Assembly (NCBI RefSeq): GCF_001194135.2 | Contig: NC_068996.1 | Span: 8,871,352-8,934,994, forward strand | Source of the DNA: Octopus bimaculoides | Taxonomy: Eukaryota | Direction of reading: 5' to 3' | DNA: 63,643 nucleotides | Shown: one piece after another, positions 26,262 through 38,797 of the stretch | Layout of the letters: each line of letters begins with the position of its first letter | How positions within the stretch are numbered: the first letter of the stretch is position 1 | The notes under the pieces: generated by a model | Told to the model about the DNA's origin: nothing | What the model saw: only the letters and a program-made list of their open reading frames with translations | Databases searched by the model: none | Translations under genes and position numbers: made by a program

Positions 26262-26899
26262 GTGGAGGCGCAATGGCCCAGTGGTTAGGGCAGCGGACTC
26301 GCAGTCATAGGATCGCGGTTTCGATTCCCAGACCAGGCGTTGTGAGTGTTTATTGAGCGAAAACACCTAAAGCTCCACGAGGCTCCGGCAGGGGATGGTG
26401 GCGAACCCTGCTGCACTCTTCCACCACAACTTTCTCTCACTCTTACTTCCTGTTTCTGTTGTGCCTGTAATTCAAAGGGTCAGCCTTGTCATACTATGTC
26501 ACGCTGAATATCCCCGAGAACTACGTTAAGGGTACGCGTGTCTGTGGAGTGCTCAGCCACTTGCACGTTAATTTNNNNNNNNNNCGTTGTGAGTGTTTAT
26601 TGAGCGAAAACACCTAAAGCTCCACGAGGCTCCGGCAGGGGATGGTGGCGAACCCTGCTGCACTCTTCCACCACAACTTTCTCTCACTCTTACTTCCTGT
26701 TTCTGTTGTGCCTGTAATTCAAAGGGTCAGCCTTGTCATACTATGTCACGCTGAATATCCCCGAGAACTACGTTAAGGGTACGCGTGTCTGTGGAGTGCT
26801 CAGCCACTTGCACGTTAATTTCACGAGCAGACTGTTCCGTTGATCGGATCAACTGGAACCCTCGTCATCGTAAGCGACGGAGTGCCAACAACAACAACA
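26262..26899 (+). mobile_element. SINE-C (tRNA-derived, (CAA)n tail); internal part duplicated by contig overlap
   Basis: GGAGGCGCAATGGCCCAGTGGTTAGGG...GGTTTCGATTCC head; 12-bp TSD ATATAACCTGCT at 26250-26261 and 26900-26911; about 26335-26574 is repeated after the 10-N gap. Confidence 0.93.
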
Positions 26900-27296
26900 A
26901 TATAACCTGCTAGAATTAGCAGCCAAAATCTCCCACATCATACCTTGCCACTTTATTGCTTTTTTAAGGTTGCATTGGGAAATACGCAGCTTTTACGAAA
27001 GAAAAAATATTCCAACCAAAAAGAAAGAAAAACAAAGGAGCCGGTAGTCATGATGAGAAGAACATATTTTATTCCTTCTTACTTTTTTACTGTGCTCTCT
27101 CTGTCTTACACTAATTGATACTTTCACCATGGAGATTGGAGTTTCGCGTACTTAACTTCGTTGAACAGACTCGTGTTCCCAGTTCGTATAGAAGCGATTA
27201 TGTAAACATTCTTAAGTCAATACAAAATCAGCTCTCTCTCTCTCTCATTTACACACACACATATATATGCATACAAAAATACATGTATACATACAA

Positions 27297-27341
<45 letters not shown>

Positions 27342-28844
27342 ACATAAATAATATATAATTATATGCATATATCCATACATATATGTACGTACCGACATCT
27401 ATATGTATACATACAAGTATATATGGATACAGGACATCATAAAAAACGTTAAACACAATGAGAAATGAAAACAAAGACGAAGACTGAAANNNNNNNNNNN
27501 NNNNNNNNNNNNNNNNNNNNNNNNNNNNNNNNNNNNNNNNNNNNNNNNNNNNNNNNNNNNNNNNNNNNNNNNNNNNNNNNNNNNNNNNNNNNNNNNNNNN
27601 NNNNNNNNNNNNNNNNNNNNNNNNNNNNNNNNNNNNNNNATATATATATATATATATATATATATATTGCATACGCACCATATTAATGTAAATAGATTTA
27701 CACCAAGTTTCCAAAAGCGACACACACACACAATATTTTTGTTTTATATGGAAAAGGTCTAATTTTTGTCGTGTTGGCGAGTCATAACGCTGAAATCTTT
27801 TGAATCTCTTTGGAATATTTCAGTTAAAATCGATTTGTCTTAGTTTTGTATGAATTAAAGCATGTTGTAGCCAAATTATATATATATCGAAAAAACAAAA
27901 TGGCATAGCGAGAAACAAAAAAATTCATAGCAAAAACTAAAACACAAGTACACATTGACACACACGCGTTTAGTTCATTCATCAGTTGTCGACTGGATGT
28001 CATTACCATTTCGACACTTTGTAACGATGTTGTTGATTCTGGCAGTGTCAGCAGCATGGAGCTGCCAAAATAAAAACGACTAAACACGGAAATCAGAAAA
28101 TCGAAGACACTAAAAAAAAGTGTATTTATGTATGTATGTATGTATGTGCGTGTATATTTACACACACACATTACATACTACATACATACATACATACATG
28201 CATAGAATATTGTTATGAAATTCATGTAATTGTACTAGCCGAANNNNNNNNNNNNNNNNNNNNNNNNNNNNNNNNNNNNNNNNNNNNNNNNNNNNNNNNN
28301 NNNNNNNNNNNNNNNNNNNNNNNNNNNNNNNNNNNNNNNNNNNNNNNNNNNNNNNNNNNNNNNNNNNNNNNNNNNNNNNNNNNNNNNNNNNNNNNNNNNN
28401 NNNNNNNNNNNNNNNNNNNNNNNNNNNNNNNNNNNNNNNNNNNNNNNNNNNNNNNNNNNNNNNNNNNNNNNNNNNNNNNNNNNNNNNNNNNNNNNNNNNN
28501 NNNNNNNNNNNNNNNNNNNNNNNNNNNNNNNNNNNNNNNNNNNNNNNNNNNNNNNNNNNNNNNNNNNNNNNNNNNNNNNNNNNNNNNNNNNNNNNNNNNN
28601 NNNNNNNNNNNNNNNNNNNNNNNNNNNNNNNNNNNNNNNNNNNNNNNNNNNNNNNNNNNNNNNNNNNNNNNNNNNNNNNNNNNNNNNNNNNNNNNNNNNN
28701 NNNNNNNNNNNNNNNNNNNNNNNNNNNNNNNNNNNNNNNNNNNNNNNNNNNNNNNNNNNNNNNNNNNNNNNNNNNNNNNNNNNNNNNNNNNNNNNNNNNN
28801 NGCATGCAAAACAAATCTGCTGTTGATTTCTCTAGAAGCAAACC

Positions 28845-28883
<39 letters not shown>

Positions 28884-30067
28884 ACTCGGACACATGCGCG
28901 CATACACACACATACTGCTGGAATATTGTTGAAATTGTGAGGAATGAAAATTTCAGATGTTTAGGGACGATAAATAGTGGAGGAATTTCGGGGTTGACCC
29001 TCTCCAGTTGCGGCTGTATTCACCAAATCTGATTCTTCTTCCGTGTGTAGTGTATCCTGAACTACTACATTATTCAAATGTGTAATTCCTTTTCTCCTCC
29101 TTTTCGTTTAACCTTTTGCCTGTCCAAAACATTTGTAGAAGTTTTTCCTAAACCTCCATGCTTGTTTTCAGATTTTTAATTAGCTATTTTTTAATTTACG
29201 CTTGTTTAAAGTTTGCTTTTATTTCTAACGAGTCGTCTCACTACATTAGAGGCTTTACTATTGGGCTCTGTTATTGTTTAACCCCTAGGTAATGATCAAG
29301 GACCAAAGCACTCCGACTTTAACTGCTTAGTCTTTTTAAATATCTCGATTTACATTTACTACAATAGAGTATAAGTAGAGGTGGGCAGTTTGAACCTTCA
29401 GTTTGAGGCTGTCTCGTTCTGTACGTATCATTGTTCTTGTACTTAATCCCAAGTTTAATTATGATCAAGGGCATTCCAGCCGTAACCATCCAGTTTCTTT
29501 ATGAGTATATAAAAAGTATGTCAGGAGAGTATAACTGGAAGGAGATTTGGCTGTTATTTCTAACAGTTTGAATTACCGCGTAGATCTACCCCTGTCGGGT
29601 TTATCCCGTTGACATCGTTCATTAAATTAGGAGTTAGCCATGATCTAGCAGAGCTATGAAAAAAGGCGTTATATCCATGACCATACCATCTTTTTCTTTC
29701 CTCCTGAGATGGCAGGTTGTTTTTTGAGGAACATTTAGCTGCTGTTTCTAGCGTTCGAGTGACAGCGTAGAGACCGCACTCGTTGGCGCACATTCCGGTT
29801 GTTGTTGCTGTTGATGCAGTGTTTTGGGGAAATGTAAATTCACTGAGAATTATGCTGGTGCCAACACACAAACACAAACATGCCCGCACACATATTTATA
29901 GTATGCATGACGTAACTTTTATAGGCTTCACTGCATCCTGCCGCACATGTTAATATTTTCTTGTGTGAGTGTGCACTTGTGTGTGTTCGCTGCTAGAATC
30001 TGACAACATTCAACATGTGTGCAGTTATATAACCATTCTAAAATGATGTAATACACTCACACACACA

Positions 30068-30110
<43 letters not shown>

Positions 30111-30216
30111 TTAAGATTTTGTGGTTGGAAAGTGTGAAACCAAGAAGAACCAAGCACATTATTAAATACACTTTGTCAACAATTTTCGACAACTTACATC
30201 AAATTATTTCTTATTT

Positions 30217-30443
30217 CTTTATTGCCCACAAGGGGCTAAACATAGAGGAGACAAACAAGGACAGACAAAGGGATTAAGTCGATTATATCGACCCAGTGCG
30301 TAACTGGTACTTATTTAATCGACCCCGAAAGCATGAAAGGCAAAGTCGACCTCGGCGGAATTTGAACTCAGAACGTAGCGGCAGATGAAATACCGTTAAG
30401 CATTTCGCCCGGTGTGCTAACGTTTCTGCCAGCTCGCCGCCTT
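30217..30443 (-). mobile_element. SINE-A copy
   Basis: Close reverse match to 21787-22022. Confidence 0.92.
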
Positions 30444-30549
30444 AGATTATTTCTGATGATGAAGGAAAGGCGCCTTTTAAGTTACCCGACGAACTCGGGC
30501 CTACCCTATACAATAACTGTAATCTCCTTTATCGTACTTTCTTTCCTAT

Positions 30550-30760
30550 GTATCTTTCACTTGTTTCTGTCATTGGACTGCGGACATACTGGAGCACCGC
30601 TTTGAAGAATTTTTAGTTAAATGTATCGACCCCAATACTTATTGTTTTTAAAGCCTGATATTTATTCTATTGTTCTCTTTGCCAAACCGCTAAGTTAAGG
30701 AACGTAAGTACAACACCAGTTGTCAAGCGGTGGTGGGGGACAAACACGGGAACAGAGACT
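30550..30760 (-). mobile_element. SINE-B 3' half
   Basis: TTTCACTTGTTTCTGTCATTGGACTGCGG...TTGTCAAGCGGTGGTGGGGGACAAACAC, reverse of the SINE-B tail. Confidence 0.8.
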
Positions 30761-30827
30761 CTCTCTTGTATTTATATGTATGTGTGTGTGTGTGTGTACA
30801 TATATATATATATGTATATATATATAT

Positions 30828-30985
30828 CATCATCATCATCATCATCATCGTTTAACGTCCGCTTTCCATGCTAGCATGGGTTGGACGATTTGACTGAGGA
30901 CTGGTGAAACCGGATGGCAACACCAGGCTCCAGTCTAATTTGGCAGAGTTTCTACAGCTGGATGCCCTTCCTAACGCCAACCACA
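30828..30985 (-). mobile_element. RTE 3'-UTR / RTE-partner tail with (GAT)n end
   Basis: (CAT)nCGTTTAACGTCCGCTTTCCATGCTAGCATGGG...CTGGATGCCCTTCCTAACGCCAACCAC, near-identical to 39594-39768. Confidence 0.9.
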
Positions 30986-31020
30986 ATATGTATATGTATA
31001 TATATATATATATATATATA

Positions 31021-31185
31021 CATGGGTACAGGACGTCACCAACTGTGCAAACAACATGAAATACGTAAACAGACAGGTTAAATATGTAAACAATGAGAGA
31101 AAAAAAATGGAAAACAGGACAAGTAAACACAGAGAAAGGACCCTTTGTCAGTTGTCAGCTGTCTATCTACTCCTCATTTCGAGCA

Positions 31186-31188
<3 letters not shown>
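31021..31188 (-). mobile_element. Penelope-like 3' tail fragment between two (TA)n tracts
   Basis: Minus strand starts GAATGCTCGAAA (3' half of a hammerhead-like core) and ends TCCTGTACCCATG; flanked by (TA)n on both sides. Confidence 0.55.
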
Positions 31189-31221
<33 letters not shown>

Positions 31222-31224
<3 letters not shown>

Positions 31225-31857
31225 GAGAGGAAGTCAAAAATTATCTGTACTTCTGCGATAACATATCTTTATTATAGTCACACTGCCGTCTGTACATGTG
31301 TGCTTATAGTTGGTACTATTGTGGTCACGTGATCGAAGTTTGAACCTGATCATGCTGTTTTTCTTTCTGGTTTTACTAGCATTGTGCACCATAGAAGAAC
31401 AAAGAGCAGTGATGCGAAAGATAATAATGGTGAACCGGTTCACCATTACCATCTCTCGAGCTTGTTGAATCTTCTCATCAGTGGTGGAGGTTGACAGGTG
31501 ACCTGCTCCCTCTTCGTACATCACGTTTGTCTGGCCACTTTTAAACATCTCAGTCCACTCATACTCATTTTTGTGTGGTAGTGCACTGTCCCCGAATTGT
31601 GCTAAAAGCTTCCGAGGAATTTCACCTTTCAACCAGAGAAACCTGATCACTGCTGTTTGTTCTTCTTCGGTGCACATTGCTAGTGAAGCAGCCATGCTTA
31701 CAACTGTAAAGCCAGAAAGAAAAATGTAGCAACCAGCTTCGAACTTCGATCACATGACCACAATAGTACCAACTATAAGCACGCATGTGGAGAAGGCAGT
31801 GTGACAATAATAGATATGTTATGCCTAAAGTGCAGATAATTTTTGACTTCCCCACAT
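31222..31857 (-). mobile_element. Fold-back mariner derivative: two inverted 5' ends plus an N-terminal transposase HTH stub
   Basis: ~200-bp inverted arms (31222-31417 vs 31645-31857) starting CA.G.G.GGAAGTCAAAAATTATC; minus ORF MCTEEEQTAVIRFLWLKG...EWTEMFKSG matches mariner N-termini. Confidence 0.88.
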
Positions 31858-32233
31858 ATATGTATAACAGGGTTCTTTCTATTTCTGTCTACGAATCCAT
31901 TCATAAGCCATTGGTTGGCTTGAGGGTATGGTAGAAGAGACTTGCCCAAAGTGCCACGCAATAGGACTGAAAACCAAACCATGAGGTTAGAAGGCAAGCT
32001 CCTTACCACACAGCCACACCTCTGCCTATATGTATACACACAGGCATATATATATTCATATGCACAATTATACTATCTAATATAATATTGTGATTGAAAT
32101 CTGGAGTGGGCTGAAGGTTGATGACCAGCCAATAAATATAAAATTATGCAGCAGTAAGCAATAATAAAAATCCAGCTATCTATATTAAAGTTATTCATTC
32201 TAATAGGCAGGCACTCACACACACACACACACA

Positions 32234-32281
<48 letters not shown>

Positions 32282-32419
32282 GATATATGTACAACTACAT
32301 TACAATGCATAAAATCTCTGTGTCGGTCTGCTCTTTCATCTTGCAGTTAGTTTTATTAGAAACTCAAGTTACCTTTTGTGTGGATAGTTATTAACTTCTC
32401 AATATATATATATATATAT

Positions 32420-32450
<31 letters not shown>

Positions 32451-33107
32451 ATCTGTGTGTTATATATATATTGTTCTTTGACAAAAATAGTATTGACAGT
32501 GACTTCAAAGTTTTTTCCGGCTAAGCCATCATCAGACTGTAATGCAATTTAATTCATCTCTGCTTTATGTAGACTCTGTTAAATTAAAATTTTCTTGGGT
32601 AACCTGAGTTCTGTTAGACTGTATGGCAGGTTGTGGTGACAATATATGGAGAATTTTTAATGATTAAATTTGCAGCAGTGCTAATTGTTAGAAATTATTT
32701 ATGCATGTTGAACTTTGTAACTAGGTGTGTATGTTTAGGTATGTCAGCTTCAGGTCATAAGAATTCACAAAACAATGTAGTTAGGTTGTTTGGTCAACAA
32801 ATCTGTCACTTGATTTGGTTGTTATTTGTTTTGTTTAGATTTTTATAGGATATTTACCATTTGCTTTGAGAATGTAGTAATTAAATTATGTATTATGCAG
32901 TTTATTAGGTTTTTTTTATGCACATCATTCCCCATCCATGGAAAAATTGTCTTGCATAAAACTACTGTGCAAAAAAGTCTGGGGACTGCTGCTCTGGTGA
33001 TGTAGGCTTTACTCTTATGACAGTGAATACAATATGACTTAATATATTGTAGGCAGAATGTTCCTCAGAGAAACCACTTAGTATATACCCTCTTTGTTTC
33101 AGTTTCT

Positions 33108-33340
33108 TATTTCATTATTGCCCACAAGGGGTTAAACATAGAGGGGACAAACAAGGACAGACAAAGGGATTAAGTCGATTACATCGACCCCAGTGCATAA
33201 CTGGTACTTAATTTATCGACTCCGAAAGGATGAAAGGCAAAGTCGACCTCAGCGGAATTTGAACTCAGAATGTAACAGCAGATGAAATACCGCGAGGCAT
33301 TTCGCCCGGCATGCTAACGTTTCTGCCAGCTCACTGCTTT
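33108..33340 (-). mobile_element. SINE-A copy
   Basis: Close reverse match to 21787-22022. Confidence 0.92.
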
Positions 33341-33852
33341 CTTTGTTTCAGTTTCTGTCTACCAAATCTACTGACATGACTTTGGTTGGCCTCAGGCTAT
33401 TGTAGAAGGCACTTCCTAAGGTGCCATGCAGTTGGACTGAACCTGGAACCATGTGGTTGAAAAGCAAGTTTCTTACCACACAGCCTTGATAGTTCAATCT
33501 TTTCTTTTTTCTTGCCTATGTCATAGCACATCCTTTTTTTTTTTTTGTTCCTCTTTTCCATGCAGTTACCTTCCCAGATCAGAGCAGTCACATCCACCAA
33601 ATAATTTTGTTTTACCTCTTGCTTAGACGAATTCACACCAATTTTGATCTTTTTCTTATGCATGTGTTTTCCATATCCGTGAAGAATTGTTGTTCTCTAC
33701 TTTTCTCTACAATTCATCAATCACTGTTCTGCTATCTTTCCCAAGTCTAATTTCAACAGGGTTATGTATGTAGTTAATCTAGCTACAAATTCAACGTGTA
33801 TTCCGTCTTCACTGGAAACCCCATACACAATAATTCTCACACAACTTCTTAA

Positions 33853-34090
33853 CGTTTTAGCATCCAAATTACTCTGTCAAATGTTATGCTTATTCATTCA
33901 CATTGTTTTGGGAGTGCAATGATGTGATTGTTTAATTTTTAGAATGGCATTGAAGGGTAGGTGTGAAAGACCAGATCTGGTCAATTTGAACACAAAACAG
34001 GCTTAATATTTTGAGCCAGATTTAGTCAGTTTGAACATAAAACAGATGAAATATTTTGAGCCAGATCTGGTCAGTTTAAATGCTAAAGTG
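33853..34090. mobile_element. piggyBac-like MITE
   Basis: TTAA on both sides; ends CGTTTTAGCAT...ATGCTAAAGTG; body homologous to 35648-35870 and 57186-57374. Confidence 0.8.
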
Positions 34091-34478
34091 TTAAAGAGTC
34101 CTCATGTGACCACTCCAAAATGCTTTCCCTGTGATGCCATCAGTTCTTCAATCAAAACTATTTTTGTCAAGCAACTGTCAACTTCTTTGTTAATGCAATA
34201 TTTGGTTGGGAACACAAGCGCTTCCTCTAAAGTCACCCACACCTATTTGGACAATTTTTATTCCAATGTTTTATTTATTTATTTTTTCTAGATCTGTTTA
34301 CCATACTTGCTTCTATGTAACTCCTACCTGTTTTTGTAATATGTGTTGTAATGTTCATTTCATTCATTGTTCTTGTGGCAAACAAAAGTGTAACTGGATG
34401 AATAAATACTACTAATATAATTTTAATATATACGTCATCATCATCATTATTACTATTATTAACATTATTTCACTATTT

Positions 34479-34640
34479 AAGGTGGCGAGCAGGCAAAATG
34501 CCACTAATTATTTCACCTGTCTTTACATTCTGACTTCAAATGCCACTGAGATCAACTTTGCTATTCACCTTTCTAAGGTCAATAAAATAAGTACCAGTTG
34601 AGTAATGGGGTTAATCAACTTACTCCCTCTTCTTAAGTTG
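34479..34640 (+). mobile_element. Degenerate SINE-A copy
   Basis: AGGTGGCGAGCAGGCAAAATG...GATCAACTTTGCTATTCACCTTTCTAAGGTCAATAAAATAAGTACCAG. Confidence 0.75.
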
Positions 34641-34687
34641 AAATCAATATTATTTTAGGATATACATCATCATTATTGTTATTATTG

Positions 34688-35168
34688 TCAAGTCACAACA
34701 AGGACCTCAGACAGAACTTTAAGCAATATGTGCAATATGCGTGCAGTTCCAAGTAATACTGACTTTTGAAATACATCTAGATTGTAGGGTATTTCTAAGG
34801 TTTGCAGATGATTTTTCAGATTGGGTGGTATTGAACCCAATTCTCCTATATCAATAGGGGTAACCTTTATATTCGACTCTTGTAGCTGCCACATCTTAGC
34901 AATTTCAATTCTCAGGTCTCCATATTTATCAACATTTTCTCTTTCTTCCATGATGATATGTTGATCTCCTGGCACTGCTACATCAATTATTATTAGTCAC
35001 ACTTGTTTGTCCCTCCTGAAGGTTACTATATCTGGCCTTTGGTACTCTAACACTTTGTTTTTCTGGAAATCAAAGTCCCAGAGGATTTTTGCCTTCCCCT
35101 TTTTGTCCATTACCTTTTCCGGTGTATGTTGGTACCAAGCACCCGTAACCTCATATCCATACTTATGA
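34688..35168 (-). mobile_element. R4/Dong-clade non-LTR retrotransposon 3' fragment (restriction-like endonuclease domain)
   Basis: WYQHTPEKV...KILWDF...RPDIV and KYGDLRIEIAKMWQL...TPIDIGELG...QKSVLLGTARIL are RLE-domain motifs; followed by a TAA-rich tail. Confidence 0.9.
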
Positions 35169-35169
35169 C

Positions 35170-35390
35170 ATAGTAGCCTAGCAGATTCGTTAGCATGCCG
35201 GGTGAAATGGTTAGCTGTATTTCGTCCATCTTCACATTCTGAGTTCAAATTTTGCCGAGGTCAACTCTGCCTTTCATCCTTTCAGGGTTGATAAATTGAG
35301 TACCAGTGAAACACTGGGGTCAGTTTAATCGACTTATTCCCTACCCACAAAGCAGCTACCTTTGTGGCAAAATTTGAAATCATTATTATT
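35170..35390 (+). mobile_element. SINE-A copy abutting the R4/Dong fragment
   Basis: TAGCAGATTCGTTAGCATGCCGGGTGAAATG...GCCTTTCATCCTTTCAGGGTTGATAAA. Confidence 0.85.
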
Positions 35391-35647
35391 AATTATTATT
35401 ATCATTATTAATATCTGGTGTTAGGTTTCTTGTTTTTGCCCCTTTTGACTTAGCATTTCAGCAAAAAACGATTGACAACAATATAAGTACCAGACTTCAA
35501 AAAACAAATTGTAGCAGGGGTGGGAATGGTAGTGGCAGTTTTTCTGACTGAACTTATCCCAGCATGGTCGCAGTCCAATAATGGAAAGCAAGTAAAAGAT
35601 ACAAGAATTTTTGCCTTCCCCTTTTCATCATCACCACTATTCTCCAG

Positions 35648-35870
35648 CCCTTTAGCATTGACATTATTCTATCGAATGTAATGCTTGTTTATTCACATCG
35701 TTTTGAATTAATCATACATTATTACCCTGTAGCTTCAAGACTTCAATGATATGATTGTGTATTTTTAGAATGACATTTTAGGGTAGGTATGAGAGACTGG
35801 ATCTAGCCAGTTTGAACATAAAACAAATAGTAAATTCAGGCACGATACGGCTGATTTAAATGCTAAAGGG
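35648..35870. mobile_element. piggyBac-like MITE
   Basis: TIR CCCTTTAGCATT / AATGCTAAAGGG; same family as 33853-34090. Confidence 0.8.
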
Positions 35871-37968
35871 CTAGAGAAGACCTTTCTCTCAGTCACAATC
35901 CTGATCATTGAAATCCTTTGTAAATTATCTCTGCTATCTTTACACCAACCACCTGTATACACACCTGTATACACACACACAGCTTCCCTGGCCCTATTTT
36001 CTTTTCATTTCATACATACCTCGTTATCCTTTCTTACCCCCCCTCTCTCTCTTTAATAATTTGAATTAAATGATATGCAGGTTATTAATATTTTATTGCA
36101 ACCCCTTAAAAACACTGAGTTTTTTTTTCCTTTTTTTCTTCTTTTACTGCTGTGTTTTCTTTTTTCTAATTTAGTAGGCAGGGCTGTGTCCTCATCCAGC
36201 TTGACAAGCAACTACCTAATAATATCACCTCCTACCTCCACCCTTCATTGTTTCTTCTCCTTTTCCTTTCCTTTCCGTCTATGCCAACTACATCCTAAGT
36301 TAAAACATCCAGCTTCTACAGCCAAATGAGGAGACCCTTAAGAAGTGATCACTTAGATAGCTAGAAATAGCAACTATATATACCTCTCAAATCACACCTG
36401 TTCATGCATGTACATACAGACACGCAAACGCAAACACACACACAGACTTAAAGGAAAAAGAAAAGAAAGGACACATTGGATAATGGAGTTTTAGATCCAC
36501 CATAGGCAACCTGTGGCCCCATGGAATTCTCAGAAAATTTACCTTTAATTATTTTTTTCGTAGGTGCAGACCATCTGATAATGAGCTCGAGGGAAGGTTG
36601 CCCATGCCTCTTTTAGACATACACAGTATGTCTAAAAGAGGGTTGTTTTTGCTGTTTAAACCTAAGGTCAATCCTTATTGAGCAGTGCTGTCCTTCATGA
36701 TCTTTAACATTCCTACCATGACCAATCCTTTGAGAAGACATGATGGTCATAACTAGGAATATCTTTGATTGTAGGTTTCCAAGATCAAGATGTATTGGCG
36801 GCAGAATGGTGTCTGTGCGTGTGTGTGTGTGTGTGTGTGTTGGACCTGGGAATTAACAGCCAGCAAAAGCGACATCCAACGTCCCTGCCCCTCTCCCCCA
36901 CTCTTAACACCACCACTACCACCACCACCCCCGTTTGCATTAGACTAAAACTGCCTGAGGTGTGAGGACTAACATGGTAAAAGCAACACGAAGAACAATA
37001 ACAACTACTACAACTACCACCCAATGAATGCTATTTATGATAATCACTATAAATACCTTCACTGCGCCCGCCCCTCCCCTCCTCCTTCTCCACCCCCAAC
37101 CCTAACTCTTGATTCATCTTTAATTATCCATTTGCTACTTCAGCTCTTTGTCTCACACCTTTAAACTCTTTTTCTTCTTCTTTCTTCTTCAAGTCAGTCA
37201 GTAACTGTGTCACACCAACTCTTTCAAAAACACCACCCTGATTTACTTCCCCTTCCCTTCTTTGACTATCTGTCTGCCTGCTTGTCTGTCTGTCTGTCCG
37301 AGTCTCTTCTCTGTCTCTGCCTGTTTCTCTCTCTCTCTTCCTTTCTCTCTTTCTTGCTCATTCTCTCTGTTGCTGTTAATATACACACAGCTTATATTAT
37401 TAATAACCTTTGCATTTCAAGTAAAGAAGAAAAAAAAAGAAAAAAAGGAAAGAAAATTAATGACAATTAATGATGGTTGATGATGTTTCTTAGTAGTGAT
37501 GATGATGATGATAATGGCTAGAGTTGATGATAATGAGGGTTGTTTTTGCTGTTTAAACCTAAGGTCAATCCTTATTGAGCAATGCTGTCCTTCATGATCT
37601 TTAACATTCCTACCATGACCAATCCTATTTAGTTCCAGTCTTAGTGTATGGTTTGAAAGATATTTGGCTGCTATTTCAAGTAGCCACATAAACTGATTCT
37701 TTCCTTGTCTTATGACCATTATTGAGTTAGCTCCCAGGTTGCATCCTGATTGAGCAGACAGATGAATAAAGGCACTCCAATAACCCACCAGTTTTTTCAT
37801 TTACATATATTCACCATATTTCATTCCACAATGACTACCTCTGATGAGTGCAAGGTTACATAATTGGACTGTTAACTAACACTCTGTTGAATCCCTAGCA
37901 TGAAACTGATAGGTAAAATCAGCCATAATGAATATATAGTACTTCCATTGATATATATATATATATGT

Positions 37969-38188
37969 ACACTTCCCACATTCGAGCAAGATCGTTGCCA
38001 GTGCCGCTGGACTGGCTCCTGTGCAGGTGGTACGTAAAATACACCATTTCGAGCGTGGCCGTCGCCAGTACCACCTGACTGGCCCTCGTGCCGGTGGCAC
38101 GTAAAAGCACCTACTACACTCTCAGAGTGGTTGGCATTAGGAAGGGCATCCAGCTGTAGAAACTCTGCCAGATCAGATTGGAGCCTGG
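37969..38188 (+). mobile_element. RTE 3'-UTR / RTE-partner element, present in only one of two duplicated flanks
   Basis: CCATTTCGAGCGTGGCCGTCGCCAGTACC...GGAAGGGCATCCAGCTGTAGAAACTCTGCC matches 41590-41832; truncated by a 10-N gap. Confidence 0.88.
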
Positions 38189-38797
38189 NNNNNNNNNNTT
38201 TTTCATTTACATATATTCACCATATTTCATTCCACAATGACTACCTCTGATGAGTGCAAGGTTACATAATTGGACTGTTAACTAACACTCTGTTGAATCC
38301 CTAGCATGAAACTGATAGGTAAAATCAGCCATAATGAATATATAGTACTTCCATTGATATATATATATATATGTATGTATATATATTAGAGAGAGAGAAA
38401 GAGATCATTGACATCATTTAACATGTTTTCCATGTTGGCATGGGTTGGATAGCTTAACAGGAACTAGCAAGGCCAGGGGTTGCACCAGGTTCCATAGTAG
38501 GTTTTGGCTGTTTATTTATATAACAGGAACTACATGTTCTTTCCTTTTTTTTTTTTTATATATCTTTACACTACCATATTTCAACTGAAATACACTGCTT
38601 TCTTATCAATTAATTTTGTTAATTATGAGCAATTTAGTAAAATAATTTTGTTGTTATTAAGCTGGTGTTTAGAACACAAATTAACCAGGAATTTTGATGG
38701 AACGTTTTAATTTACAGAAAGTTTTGTATCACAGAATCAGGCGGAGTCCTCTTGGGCATCCAAAAGAGTTTTAAAACTGAAGGATGTAATTTGATGA

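Noticed and set aside
26335-26820. SINE-C internal dimer
   Set aside because: The copies are identical across a 10-N gap, and a single TSD pair flanks the whole; assembly overlap.
37841-37935. Type I hammerhead-like motif (CTGATGA, GTGC/GCAT stem, GAAA, CTGAT/ATCAG stem)
   Set aside because: The cleavage triplet is GCC rather than NUH, stem II opens with G-U, and stem I does not pair; probably chance.
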